A DNA stretch of 64,000 bases, taken from Mytilus trossulus. Its lineage: Eukaryota. This document shows, one piece after another, positions 12,305-24,119 of this stretch; within the stretch, counting starts at the first letter, position 1; every line of letters starts with the position of its first letter. The notes under the pieces were generated by a model. That model did not search any database. It was not told the DNA's origin and saw nothing but the letters and a program-made list of their open reading frames with translations. The position numbers were made by a program, and so were the translations under genes. The stretch lies in NCBI RefSeq assembly GCF_036588685.1, contig NC_086380.1, positions 33,530,313 to 33,594,312 of the forward strand. The letters are read 5' to 3'.

Positions 12305-14350
12305 TTTCTTACCCTACATCTTGTATATTTCCTTTGTATGACAGAGCACACTGTAACAAGATATCTAGATCTTACCCTACGTCTTGTATATTCCCTTTGT
12401 ATGACAGAGCACACTGTAACAAGATATCTAGATCTTACCTTACGTCTTGTATATTCCCTTTGTATGACAGAGCACACTGTAACAAGATATCTAGATCTTA
12501 CCCTACATCTTGTATATTCCCTTTGTATGACAGAGCACACTGTAACAAGATATCTAGATCTTACCCGACGTCTTGTATATTCCCTTTGTATGACAGAGCA
12601 CACTGAAACAAGATATCTAGATCTTACCCGACGTCTTGTATATTCCCTTTGTATGACAGAGCACACTGTAACAAGATATCTAGATCTTACCCTACGTCTT
12701 GTATATTCCCTTTGTATGACAGAGCACACTGTAACAAGATATCTAGATCTTACCCTACATCTTGTATATTCCCTTTGTATGACAGAGCACACTGTAACAA
12801 GATATCTAGATCTTACCCTACATCTTGTATATTCCCTTTGTATGACAGAGCACACTGTAACAAGATATCTAGATCTTACCCTACATCTTGTATATTCCCT
12901 TTGTATGACAGAGCACATTGTAACAAGATATCTAGATCTTACCCTACGTCTTGTATATTCCCTTTGTATGACAGAGCACACTGTAACAAGATATCTAGAT
13001 CTTACCCTACGTCTTGTATATTCCCTTTGTATGACAGAGCACACTGTAACAAGATATCTAGATCTTACCCTACATCTTGTATATTCCCTTTGTATGACAG
13101 AGCACACTGTAACAAGATATCTAGATCTTACCCTACGTCTTGTATATTTCCTTTGTATGACAGAGCACATTGTAACAAGATATCTAGATCTTACACTACG
13201 TCTTGTATATTCCCTTTGTATGACAGAGCACACTGTAACAAGATATCTAGATCTTACCCTACGTCTTGTATATTTCCTTTGTATGACAGAGCACACTGTA
13301 ACAAGATATCTAGATCTTACCCTACGTCTTGTATATTCCCTTTGTATGACAGAGCACATTGTAACAAGATATCTAGATCTTACCCTACGTCTTGTATATT
13401 CCCTTTGTATGACAGAGCACACTGTAACAAGATATCTAGATCTTACCCTACGTCTTGTATATTTCCTTTGTATGACAGAGCACATTGTAACAAGATATCT
13501 AGATCTTACCCTACGTCTTGTATATTCCCTTTGTATGACAGAGCACACTGTAACAAGATATCTAGATCTTACCCTACATCTTGTATATTCCCTTTGTATG
13601 ACAGAGCACACTGTAACAAGATATCTAGATCTTACCCTACATCTTGTATATTCCCTTTGTATGACAGAGCACACTGTAACAAGATATCTAGATCTTACCC
13701 TACGTCTTGTATATTCCCTTTGTATGACAGAGCACATTGTAACAAGATATCTAGATCTTACCCTACGTCTTGTATATTCCCTTTGTATGACAGAGCACAC
13801 TGTAACAAGATATCTAGATCTTACCCTACGTCTTGTATATTCCCTTTGTATGACAGAGCACATTGTAACAAGATATCTAGATCTTACCCTACATCTTGTA
13901 TATTCCCTTTGTATGACAGAGCACATTGTAACAAGATATCTAGATCTTACCCTACGTCTTGTATATTCCCTTTGTATGACAGAGCACACTGTAACAAGAT
14001 ATCTAGATCTTACCCTACGTCTTGTATATTTCCTTTGTATGACAGAGCACACTGTAACAAGATATCTAGATCTTACCCTACATCTTGTATATTCCCTTTG
14101 TATGACAGAGCACACTGTAACAAGATATCTAGATCTTACCCTACGTCTTGTATATTCCCTTTGTATGACAGAGCACACTGTAACAAGATATCTAGATCTT
14201 ACCCTACCTCTTGTATATTCCCTTTGTATGACAGAGCACACTGTAACAAGATATCTAGATCTTACCCTACGTCTTGTATATTCCCTTTGTATGACAGAGC
14301 ACACTGTAACAAGATATCTAGATCTTACCCTACATCTTGTATATTCCCTT
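12305..14350 (-). repeat. 63-bp satellite, block 1, about 33 copies, in gene A intron 4; monomer is the exon 4 3' end plus the intron 4 5' splice site
   Basis: Head-to-tail repeats with period 63. Minus-strand monomer ATCTTGTTACAGTGTGCTCTGTCATACAAAGGGAATATACAAGA[CT]GTAGG|GTAAGATCTAGAT. Copies differ by a few point substitutions (C/T, G/T). Confidence 0.9.
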
Positions 14351-14764
14351 TTTATACTGCAATCAGCTAGTTTACTGTACAGATAAAGCTATACGTATAA
14401 ACGTAAGCTTTATACGTCAATGACCCCAACTGACCTATAAGCCCCGCCTCCTTATTGTATTTCATCAACAACATCACGTCACGACCATGACAACGTAAAG
14501 TAACAATGGTCAAACTTTTTTCAATTTAAACTTTTATGTCTTCAAATTGGTTATTTATATATCATGTTTATCAAATGTTATTAATTAAGTTCATTTTCCC
14601 TTTCTAATTCCTTAATACGCCAATGTCTTACCACCTGGACTACGCTCATAGGGAAATACCCCAAAATGGTACCTCTAGAGGGAAATTCCAAACACTTTTT
14701 TTAACAATTTTTGTTACATGTTTTTTTCATTTTTCATTTTTTTTTTCGATTTCAGTATAAAAAC

Positions 14765-14895
14765 AATATACGTATAGTGTCTTGAAATATGAAATTTATT
14801 TGTATTCGGCAAGAAACGAGAAAATGCTCGGTAGAACCTCGCATTTTCCCATTTCTAAGCCTCATACAAATAAATTTCATATTTCAAGACACTAT
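14765..14895. repeat. Perfect 41-bp inverted repeat with a 49-bp spacer, lying between the two satellite blocks
   Basis: AATATACGTATAGTGTCTTGAAATATGAAATTTATTTGTAT (14765-14805) is the exact reverse complement of 14855-14895. The spacer holds a smaller palindrome GAAAATGC…GCATTTTC. Confidence 0.85.
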
Positions 14896-14897
14896 AC

Positions 14898-16515
14898 GTA
14901 TATTGTCTAAGTATGACAGAGCACACTGTAACAAGATATCTAGATCTTTATACCCTACGTCTTGTATATTCCCTTTGTATGACAGAGCACACTGTAACAA
15001 GATATCTAGATCTTACCCTACATCTTGTATGTTCCCTTTGTATGACAGAGCACATTGCAACAAGATATCTAGATCTTACCCTACATCTTGTATATTCCCT
15101 TTGTATGACAGAGCACACTGTAACAAGATATCTAGATCTTACCCTACGTCTTGTATATTCCCTTTGTATGACAGAGCACATTGTAACAAGATATCTAGAT
15201 CTTACCCTACGTCTTGTATATTTCCTTTGTATGACAGAGCACATTGTAACAAGATATCTAGATCTTACCCTACATCTTGTATATTCCCTTTGTATGACAG
15301 AGCACACTGTAACAAGATATCTAGATCTTACCCTACGTCTTGTATATTTCCTTTGTATGACAGAGCACATTGTAACAAGATATCTAGATCTTACCCTACG
15401 TCTTGTATATTCCCTTTGTATGACAGAGCACATTGTAACAAGATATCTAGATCTTACCCTACGTCTTGTATATTCCCTTTGTATGACAGAGCACACTGTA
15501 ACAAGATATCTAGATCTTACCCTACGTCTTGTATATTTCCTTTGTATGACAGAGCACATTGTAACAAGATATCTAGATCTTACCCTACGTCTTGTATATT
15601 CCCTTTGTATGACAGAGCACATTGTAACAAGATATCTAGATCTTACCCGACGTCTTGTATATTCCCTTTGTATGACAGAGCACATTGTAACAAGATATCT
15701 AGATCTTACCCTACGTCTTGTATATTCCCTTTGTATGACAGAGCACACTGTAACAAGATATCTAGATCTTACCCTACATCTTGTATATTCCCTTTGTATG
15801 ACAGAGCACACTGTAACAAGATATCTAGATCTTACCCTACATCTTGTATATTCCCTTTGTATGACAGAGCACACTGTAACAAGATATCTAGATCTTACCC
15901 TACGTCTTGTATATTTCCTTTGTATGACAGAGCACATTGTAACAAGATATCTAGATCTTACCCTACGTCTTGTATATTCCCTTTGTATGACAGAGCACAC
16001 TGTAACAAGATATCTAGATCTTACCCTACGTCTTGTATATTTCCTTTGTATGACAGAGCACACTGTAACAAGATATCTAGATCTTACCCTACATCTTGTA
16101 TATTCCCTTTGTATGACAGAGCACATTGTAACAAGATATCTAGATCTTACCCTACGTCTTGTATATTCCCTTTGTATGACAGAGCACACTGTAACAAGAT
16201 ATCTAGATCTTACCCTACGTCTTGTATATTCCCTTTGTATGACAGAGCACACTGTAACAAGATATCTAGATCTTACCCTACGTCTTGTATATTCCCTTTG
16301 TATGACAGAGCACACTGTAACAAGATATCTAGATCTTACCCTACATCTTGTATATTCCCTTTGTATGACAGAGCACACTGTAACAAGATATCTAGATCTT
16401 ACCCTACATCTTGGATATTTCCTTTGTATGACAGAGCACACTGTAACAAGATATCTAGATCTTACCCTACATCTTGTATATTCCCTTTGTATGACAGAGC
16501 ACACTGTAACAAGAT
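14898..16515 (-). repeat. 63-bp satellite, block 2, about 25 copies, abutting and overlapping gene A exon 4
   Basis: Same monomer as block 1. The last copy (16466-16515) is the genuine 3' end of exon 4, ending at the real AGG|GTAAGA donor. Confidence 0.9.
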
Positions 16516-16590
16516 TTCTAATGTAGCCAGTCCTGAATATTGAAACACTTCCACATATTTTCCATTCTTACTTTCCTCTGCAAACTTCTC
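16466..16590 (-). CDS. gene A exon 4 (EKFAEESKNGKYVEVFQYSGLATLEILLQCALSYKGNIQDVG); its last 50 nt are also the terminal monomer of the 63-bp satellite
   Basis: Acceptor TTTAACAG and donor AGG|GTAAGA. 125 nt as in genes B and C. Homologous to B (DKLASG...LLQCSLGYKGNVQLVG) and C (DKLAFM...LLQCALGYKGDVQQVG). Confidence 0.8.
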
Positions 16591-16935
16591 CTGTTAAAGA
16601 AAATAGAATATTAGACCTTATATATTTGATTATTTTACCTTTTGAGATTTTTAGAGATAAGTACGTATGTACATATTATAGTTTTCAAAAATAAATATTT
16701 TCATGATATAAAACCCTAGTCTCCTCTTTAGATCATAAGTTGAAATTGGGGCAGATGTGTTTTATACTGAGAAAATGTGTGTTCAAAAGTCAAGATCAAA
16801 TATTTGTCATGTTCATTTGCTGCCCTAGCTAAAGAAAGTAAACTTTTCAGCCATCAGATTTAAAAACTTAAATCAATGTTTTTTGATGTTGACTTACAAA
16901 TTTAACATAATAAGGTTATATAAAATATTACTTAC

Positions 16936-17063
16936 TAATAATGTATCTGTCACATCATTGTATATTTTGAAGTACCCATTTAAAATGGAGAAATGAAACG
17001 CTGGTGTTAACAATCTTCTGTTTCTTTCCCACTTTGGTCCATCTGCAACCAGTAAACTTTCAC
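16936..17063 (-). CDS. gene A exon 3 ([43 protein letters not shown])
   Basis: Acceptor CACAG and donor GTAAGT. 128 nt as in genes B and C. Conserved WxxxRxxxxPAFH motif. Confidence 0.85.
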
Positions 17064-17704
17064 CTGTGCATAAATATAAGGATACCATATTTTCTAATTT
17101 TCAAGTTTTGGTTACGGTAGATTATTGGCAAATTATGTAAAATTTTGTATCAAAAGACATTCAAATGAGTGATGTTCATTTTATGTTTGAAAATTTAACA
17201 GATTAGCAGAGATATCATGTAGCCTTTGTAATAGTTAAATCTTTTTCTACTATTTTTTTTAAAGAATTGCTTATATATCATGCATTAAATGCAGACATTT
17301 TATAGGGATTGACAGTTTATTAATGTGATCAGGTATGCCTTTTTTTCAACTGAATTTATCGATCCATGACACAGTGTAGGTGAACTTTATTTTGTGAACC
17401 TTGTCTAGCTATTATTGCAAATGCAATAATGGTACTGCAGATTGATTCATTATTATTCGTTGGATACCAATTTTTGTCAGTTTCATGGGTACAGGTGAAC
17501 CACAATATTCAAATGTTCAACATATTACAAATTTTCTAGACTTTGGGTATGCAGAGATTGGCAAATACCATGAAATCAAATATCCACGAAAATGTAAGTT
17601 TTCCTCAATACACAAAAATTGATAACAATGAAAATAAATGACTCCATAGTATACACATACACAAATTATCTGCCCCTTGTATGGACTTATTTGCCTAAAC
17701 TTAC

Positions 17705-17906
17705 CTATCCATGGTAACATAAAGGAGATTCCTGCCCCTTTTCTAGACTTTGGTGCAGTTGACTTCATAACGACCTTTATAGTGTCTGGATGGGTCAAGG
17801 TCAGTAAAGGTCGTACAACAAATAACCAGTAGACGAAAGCTTTACATCTTTTTTCTTCCACATATTCCTTAAACATCTTTTTGAAAAATCCATCAAAGGA
17901 TTCAAT
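17705..17906 (-). CDS. gene A exon 2 (IESFDGFFKKMFKEYVEEKRCKAFVYWLFVVRPLLTLTHPDTIKVVMKSTAPKSRKGAGISFMLPWI-G)
   Basis: Acceptor TTGTAG and donor GTAAGT on minus strand. 202 nt, same length as gene C exon 2. Ends in phase 1. Confidence 0.8.
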
Positions 17907-19254
17907 CTACAAAATTGAGTGTCAGCGTGGTGTGATAAGCTGGATGACATATATAGGGTGATCATTTTCAAGATCTGGGATTTTTTATTGTTATTTTTAT
18001 GTAATTATGCTTTTTTCCTTCTTTTTCCCAGATGCCACCTTTGTCCCCTCTACAAATGTATATCCCACATCCCTACATTTTTACCCTTATATTCCCACAA
18101 ACTAAAAGTCTGTCATCCCCCTTTCTGTGATAGTTTGAAAGACAATAACAATCAAAACCAAAGAGTAAGCAAAGACTCACAAAACCAAAGGACATTTACA
18201 TCAACAGTTATAAATAATAATTAAGAAACAACACGAATTCCACTAAAAACCGGGAAAAATATAGATAATGTCCAGGGGCAACTATCACATATCTACACCC
18301 ATTCCAGGAGAATAGGTCTATCAGGCATTAAAAAAAGACAATTATAGAAATTTGGAATTTATTACCTTTTTCTCATTTCATCAACACAGGTACCAGCAAA
18401 AAATGTTATAATATCTTTGATAGTTTTTGTTAAATTTCTTTTTTCTTTTTTTGGACTTTGGGACAATAATTTTATTTTACATATTTTTGTTGTTGAAGAC
18501 TGTATGTTAATTTCTATATATCTTTATTACAGCTATCTGTGTTTTTGGGTAGTTGTCTTATTGATATATATACTACCATATTTCATTTTATTCATCATGA
18601 TCATATAAATGACTCAATATTGATTCTATTTGTTGACTTTTTTTGGTCGAACTGTGCATTTCAAATATGATGTCTTTTATTTTTGTACCATTGGATTGCC
18701 GTCTCATTGGTATCATATATATCCCACACCTTTTAAATGTTTAACCCTGCCACATTATTTATGTCCCTGTCTTTTGAATAATTTGACATTTTGTTTTTCC
18801 TGGTGCCTTTAAATTTATAGCTTATCAAAGATATGGAATTCCTCATTGTTACAGACTGTACATGACATATTATTAGTTATCTTGGTGTAATCAGGGGTGT
18901 ACAGAATTTTACACTGTTGTTGAAAATTCATACACCCTGAGGCGCAAATTTATTCATTTTTTTATTTTTTATTTATTTTTTTTTTATTTATTTTTTTTTG
19001 GCAAAATTTTATTTATCCCGAGGTGAACAAGGGTGTGGTGTTATTTACACCCGGGTAATTAACCAATCAGATTGCAGTATTTTTTGCTGCATAAGACAAA
19101 AAGTTGTTTACATCCTTGTCTGATTAATTTTCATTGAATAATTGTATGCTTGGCAATCATGTCCTATCTCCAAATTTTCAGACTTGTATATTTAAATTCT
19201 TTAAATTGGAATAAATTATTGTATAAAGTTAATATATTTTTTAAGTCTAAATAC

Positions 19255-19419
19255 CTGGAGTGCATTTCCAAACAACCAATGTGTTTTAGGTCCTGGAAAA
19301 TGAGACAGAGTCCTGACCATATTACCATGCCATTGTAAGAACTTGATGAGGTTTATAATGATAACTGTGAGGATCAAAACACCTACACCAATCCCTATTG
19401 ACATCAAAACAGCTACCAT
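19255..19419 (-). CDS. gene A exon 1 (MVAVLMSIGIGVGVLILTVIIINLIKFLQWHGNMVRTLSHFPGPKTHWLFGNALQ)
   Basis: ATG at 19419 (minus). Hydrophobic N-terminal membrane anchor then PGP hinge. Donor GTATTT immediately 3' (revcomp of 19249-19254). Phase 0. Confidence 0.8.
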
Positions 19420-19914
19420 GGTAACACTGGTTATTTACTGTATATACCGAGCATCTGAAATTTGACAGTATAAAATTATCTCTATTTTCAATGTTACTAA
19501 GAACACACCCGCGAAATCGCAGGCATATACAGCTTGTGGACTGTTGTAGGATGATTTTTTGTAAAAGATTGTATGTATGGGAAATTTCATAAAAAGTATG
19601 AAAAGCCTTCTCCCTAGTTAAAAAGTCCGATATTTGTTTCCTTTCTGTTAAATTCAAATATTTTCGTGTGTCTGGCCTCAGACCACAATTATTCTTCTCC
19701 TTTGGTACAATGCTGCTTTTGGTAAAAGTCAAATAAAATTAACAATTTGCACCGTTTCAAACATGAAAAAAATATAACTGCTTATATATAGATCATTATT
19801 AGTCTAATAAAATATGCTTCTATGACAATCCGTCAGTCTTTTTTTTTCTTTTGAGAGCCTTATTAAGATGTCAATTGTAGGATATGACTCATGTATAAAT
19901 GACTAAGGCTAATT

Positions 19915-22295
19915 TGAAGGGTGGCCGGAGGGGTCCTGATCCCGAAATCCCGCGATTAAAACCATGAATCCAGAGATGCAGAATTAAAAGAAATGCATAT
20001 CCCGAAATCACGAAATCGAAAAATATATTCCAGGATCCAGTAAGGATCAATCCCCAAATCCCGAGCTTAAAAACACACGATCCCGACGCTCCGAAAAATG
20101 CTCGCCTACTTTTAATCTCTACCTTACTTTCATTTTTGCTAAATCACTATTTTCCCTTTCAACAATAAATTTGTATGCCCCATTTATGGGCATTATGTTT
20201 TCAGGTTAGTCTGTCCGTTCGTTCGCTCGTTCGTCTGTCCGTGTCTGTCCCGCTTCAGATTAAAGTTATTGGTCGAGGTAGTTTTAGATGAAGTTAAGCA
20301 TGTTTTACTTATTTTAATATATATGCAATTGGTATGACCCCTGAAGTAGTAAAACAGTAGACAGAATCAGGCCCGACTTTCTTTACTAACACAGAAAGTC
20401 CCATAGAGAATTAGATAGTCTCTATGTATCAAAGTAGTATAATCGTAGTTTACATGTAGATAAACGCGAAAAATTATTAATTGTCCTCTCTAAGGAGGTA
20501 TAATAGTTGTGATTCGTGCGATCTAAACATCATGATATGGAGAACGCTTTGAATGGCTTATTTTTTTTTCTCCATTTTTGTTATCCATCATACGATTGGT
20601 TGTACTTGTGTCAAATATTTTACTTATTTTAATATATTATATATACAACTGGTATGACCCCTTAATAGTAAACATTTCAAAGAAAACAGTAGACAGAATA
20701 CAGAGAGTCTCCATATATTAAAGTATAATAATCGTAGTTTACATATAGATAAACACGAAAAATAATTATTGTCCTCTATAAGGAGGTATGATAGTTGTGG
20801 TTCATGCGATCTAAACCCCATGCTATGGAGAACGCTCTAATTGGCTTATTTATTTTTCATATTTAGTTATCTATCATACGATTGGTTGTATTTGCGCATC
20901 TTTCAAACCGGAAATTTAATCTATGACTAAAAGTTAGTCCGATGACGGAATCATATCCGGACTCCTTTTTTCTCTTTTTTCTCCCAAAATAACTCAATCT
21001 GAATAATCATAAGAATGGATGACAAATGGGACTATGCATGTTACCTATAGGACACAGAGACATGATGATTGATTTATTGTGGAAGGAAGAGAAGCGACAC
21101 CCAAAATGAGGTCTTCTCGTTTAATAGTATAGATATCATACAAGTTTTTGCATTGACATTATTTCATCATCTGATCCAGGGAGATAAGATGAGGCAGAGG
21201 TACTGCGATCTAGCTATGCACTTCCAACCACTGCAGACATGACAGAATTATGTGCCTTCTGGATTTCAAAAGCCTGTAGTCCACTGAATGGTTGTCTTTG
21301 GTAGCTTTCTGCAATAATGAATCTCTGTTCATCATGTTCATGTTGTTTAATGTTATATTAGCTTAAAGTTAAACCATGCTGTTTCCTGAATTTGTTATCC
21401 AGCATCTTTTTAAATATTGGTTTTGCTCATTTTTGAAGGATGAAATTGGTATGCATGACTTATTACAGTAGAAGTTAGCAATCATCCTTGAACTTATAGA
21501 TCTCCAGGTGGTGGATTATAAGTTGTCTCATCAGCATTACCTCATTTTTTATATCTTAATGATCAGTTTTAAACATGAGGGTGAATGACAAACTTCAAAA
21601 ACATAAAAGACTCCTGGCAATGGTCCATTCTCTTCAAAGGCATCATATGCACATGTACATGCATGGATGTATGTACTGGTAGATTAATACAACCTATCAC
21701 CAATGACAATACACGAACAAACATCAAAGGACTGTTAGAACGTTTGGCTAGCTTTTTGACAGTGGCTATCCTAGTCCAATTTGGTGTAGGTATTATTACA
21801 CAAACATACCCAGGAAAATGACACAATATATTACAGAAGAAAGTCTACATTATAAATTATATTACTTTGACTTATTAGGTGAGGCCAGACCAGCATATCC
21901 ATGGAGTCTTTAAATATACGCTTCTCATTGGTTTTTGTACGACTACCAGTACTAACAATGCATTGTGATGTCACAATTTCCATTAAAAAAGCATTCATAG
22001 TACAAATTCATATGACGTACGAAAACATATGATCTGACCATACTTATTAGCCTGAATACGGTTACCAGATATAGTATGACATATAATTGGGGGGGGGGGG
22101 GGGGGGGGGGGGGGCCTTTATCGGGACTCCGGGATCGGGTGTTTTTTTAAGCTCTGGATTTCAGAATTGATCCTTTCGGGATCTGGGAATTCTTTTTTCG
22201 AATTTCGGGATGTCAGGATTTAAATTTCTTTAAATACGGGACCTCAGGATTTCATGTTTTTAAGCCTGGGATTTCTGGATCAGGACCCCTCCAAC
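19915..22295. mobile_element. ~2.4-kb element with ~190-bp diverged terminal inverted repeats and a G26 run at the inner edge of the right TIR; 0.5 kb upstream of the gene A ATG
   Basis: Left TIR 19915-20106 and right TIR 22085-22292 are about 75% identical as reverse complements (GGAGGGGTCCTGATCC…ATCCCGAAAT…). Interior holds a 300-bp tandem duplication (20285-20590 / 20590-20885) and fragments of other repeat families. Confidence 0.6.
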
Positions 22296-22547
22296 CCCCC
22301 TTATAATTTCCAAATGTATAAAAGCCACATTTTTTTTATATATATATAGAATGGTTTGTATTGAGAACAATCACACATATGTGATTAAATGTTATGGTTA
22401 CGCTTTGAACCACTGCTTTGAACATGTTGAAATTATATCTGTTTATTATCTGTCTGATAGTGTTCTACATGAGGAGCGTAATGGGGTTACCCTCATGACA
22501 AATAACAGTAAAAATTCTAGCCCAATGACATTAACGATAATTTTTGG

Positions 22548-22770
22548 TGCATGACGATAAAATGTACACTTTCTTATCTATAGACGATAAAAAAATCGAC
22601 TGATTTTGACGAATCACATTAATTTTTTCCCAAAAATAAAGGTAACAATAATTATTTGAGACCTCTGACGAATCACAATAAGGATATTTTGACGACTCAC
22701 GGTAAAATTTTAACCAATTTGACGTTATTAACGGTAGCCTAAAATTACCGTTTGACGCCTGACGGTATAG
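22548..22770 (+). promoter_or_regulatory. Cluster of at least 9 TGACG (CRE/bZIP half-site-like) motifs in 220 bp, just outside the right TIR of the 19915-22295 element
   Basis: TGACGATAAAA, AGACGATAAAA, TTGACGAATCACA (x2), TTGACGACTCACGG, TTGACGTTATTAACGG, TTGACGCCTGACGG. A degenerate ~20-bp periodic motif. Confidence 0.35.
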
Positions 22771-24119
22771 GTATATTCCTACCCTCCTAAATTTCCAGTT
22801 TTAATATAATGTTGTCTATTGTTATAATAATGGAGGATTTCAAGCATTAATACCTCAGTCTCATAAATCGGAAAACATATAAGCAAGTCTGTACTTAAAA
22901 CAGAAGATTGAAGAAGAGTGAGCTTAAAGGATCTGTTAGTGACATACTGTCACGAACAAACTTGTTTCATAAATAAATTCTCAGTTCGGGATGTAGTGCA
23001 TAGGGGAGGGAAACGAGCATTGAATTTCGATTCGCAAAAAATGTCAACAAAATGAAGGGACAATGAATGTTATCGAAAGGATTTATAGAATAGCAAAAAT
23101 CTATCTATTTGCTTGCTAGATTTTGTGAATTTTTTCGTTCAGGTAAACTAGTTGTAACTTAATATTTTACATCATGGTAAGTTATGATTTATTTCGGGAT
23201 CTACGTTTAAATGGGGCATAATTCTAAAAAAGGGGGAGGACAAAATGACATGATCAAATCCCTATTGTGATTCGTAGTTTTTAGATTATATTTGGCTCTG
23301 TTGTTAGAAGATTGGCATGTAGATAGACACGTAGACATGACTTTTGAATGACCCTGATGGCCTTGTGCTGTTTTCCGCTGCTCTTTGGTCAGGTTGTTGT
23401 CTCTTTGACACATTCACCGTTTCCATTTTTAATTTTATATAGCTGGGAATAGTATTGTCAACATATTATGTCCCAGGTTTTAAAAGCATGAATGTTTTAG
23501 AGCTATATAACTGATAAAATTTATTAAATTGCCTCGGCATGTAAAATGTAAAACAAAGAACAGCTGACAACCTGACAACCTGATTAATGTACAATGAAAA
23601 ACAAATATATTAAAGATAACGGCAACAACTGACTCACTCATCAGATTGATTGATTGATTGGTGTTATAACACCGTTTTCATCACTTAAATGTGCTATTTC
23701 TTATCAGTTTTTAGTAGTGAAATCAATAGTCATGATAGTGCCATGCAGAGAGAACCACCAAATTCGACTACTAATAGACCACCCTGCAACCAAAGCCCCC
23801 CCCCCCCCCCCCCCATTGGCTCATCAGACCAACACAAATCACACTAAAAATCAACTATAGCAAAAAGATTTAAGAGACATAACTATTTAAAGTAACGTTC
23901 TTCATGCAAACTGTACAAAAAAAGACTTTATTAAATACGTCATGTTTGCTAGTACAAACTAGTCCTACAGGAATGTACAAGGAATCTAGTAGGAATTTGT
24001 TATGAATTAATTCCTAACAGGAAAGTGTGCATATTCCAGCTTCATTGTAGCAGAAATCCACCAGGAAAAACAGCCTAGGATTTTCTTAGTTAAGGAATAA
24101 TGTGATTCCTACTAGGTAT

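Larger units (their letters stand above)
3882..19419 (-). other. CYP4-like P450 gene A locus, 12 exons, apparently intact ORF of about 504 aa
   Basis: Twelve minus-strand exons join in frame with GT-AG introns. The deduced protein carries FxxGxRxCxG (FSAGPRNCIG), PERF (FKPERF), ExxR (EVMR) and the AGHDTT I-helix, diagnostic of the P450 CYP4 clan. Confidence 0.8.

Noticed and set aside
12223-16543. Very long ORFs (up to 690 aa) on both strands in the ORF track: 12232..14304(-), 12338..14386(+), 12649..14370(+), 14789..16543(+), 14913..16526(+), 14948..16504(-).
   Set aside because: They lie entirely in the 63-bp satellite. 63 nt is 21 codons, so any stop-free frame of the monomer stays open for the whole array. 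The 'proteins' are exact 21-aa periodic repeats with no homology. They are not genes.
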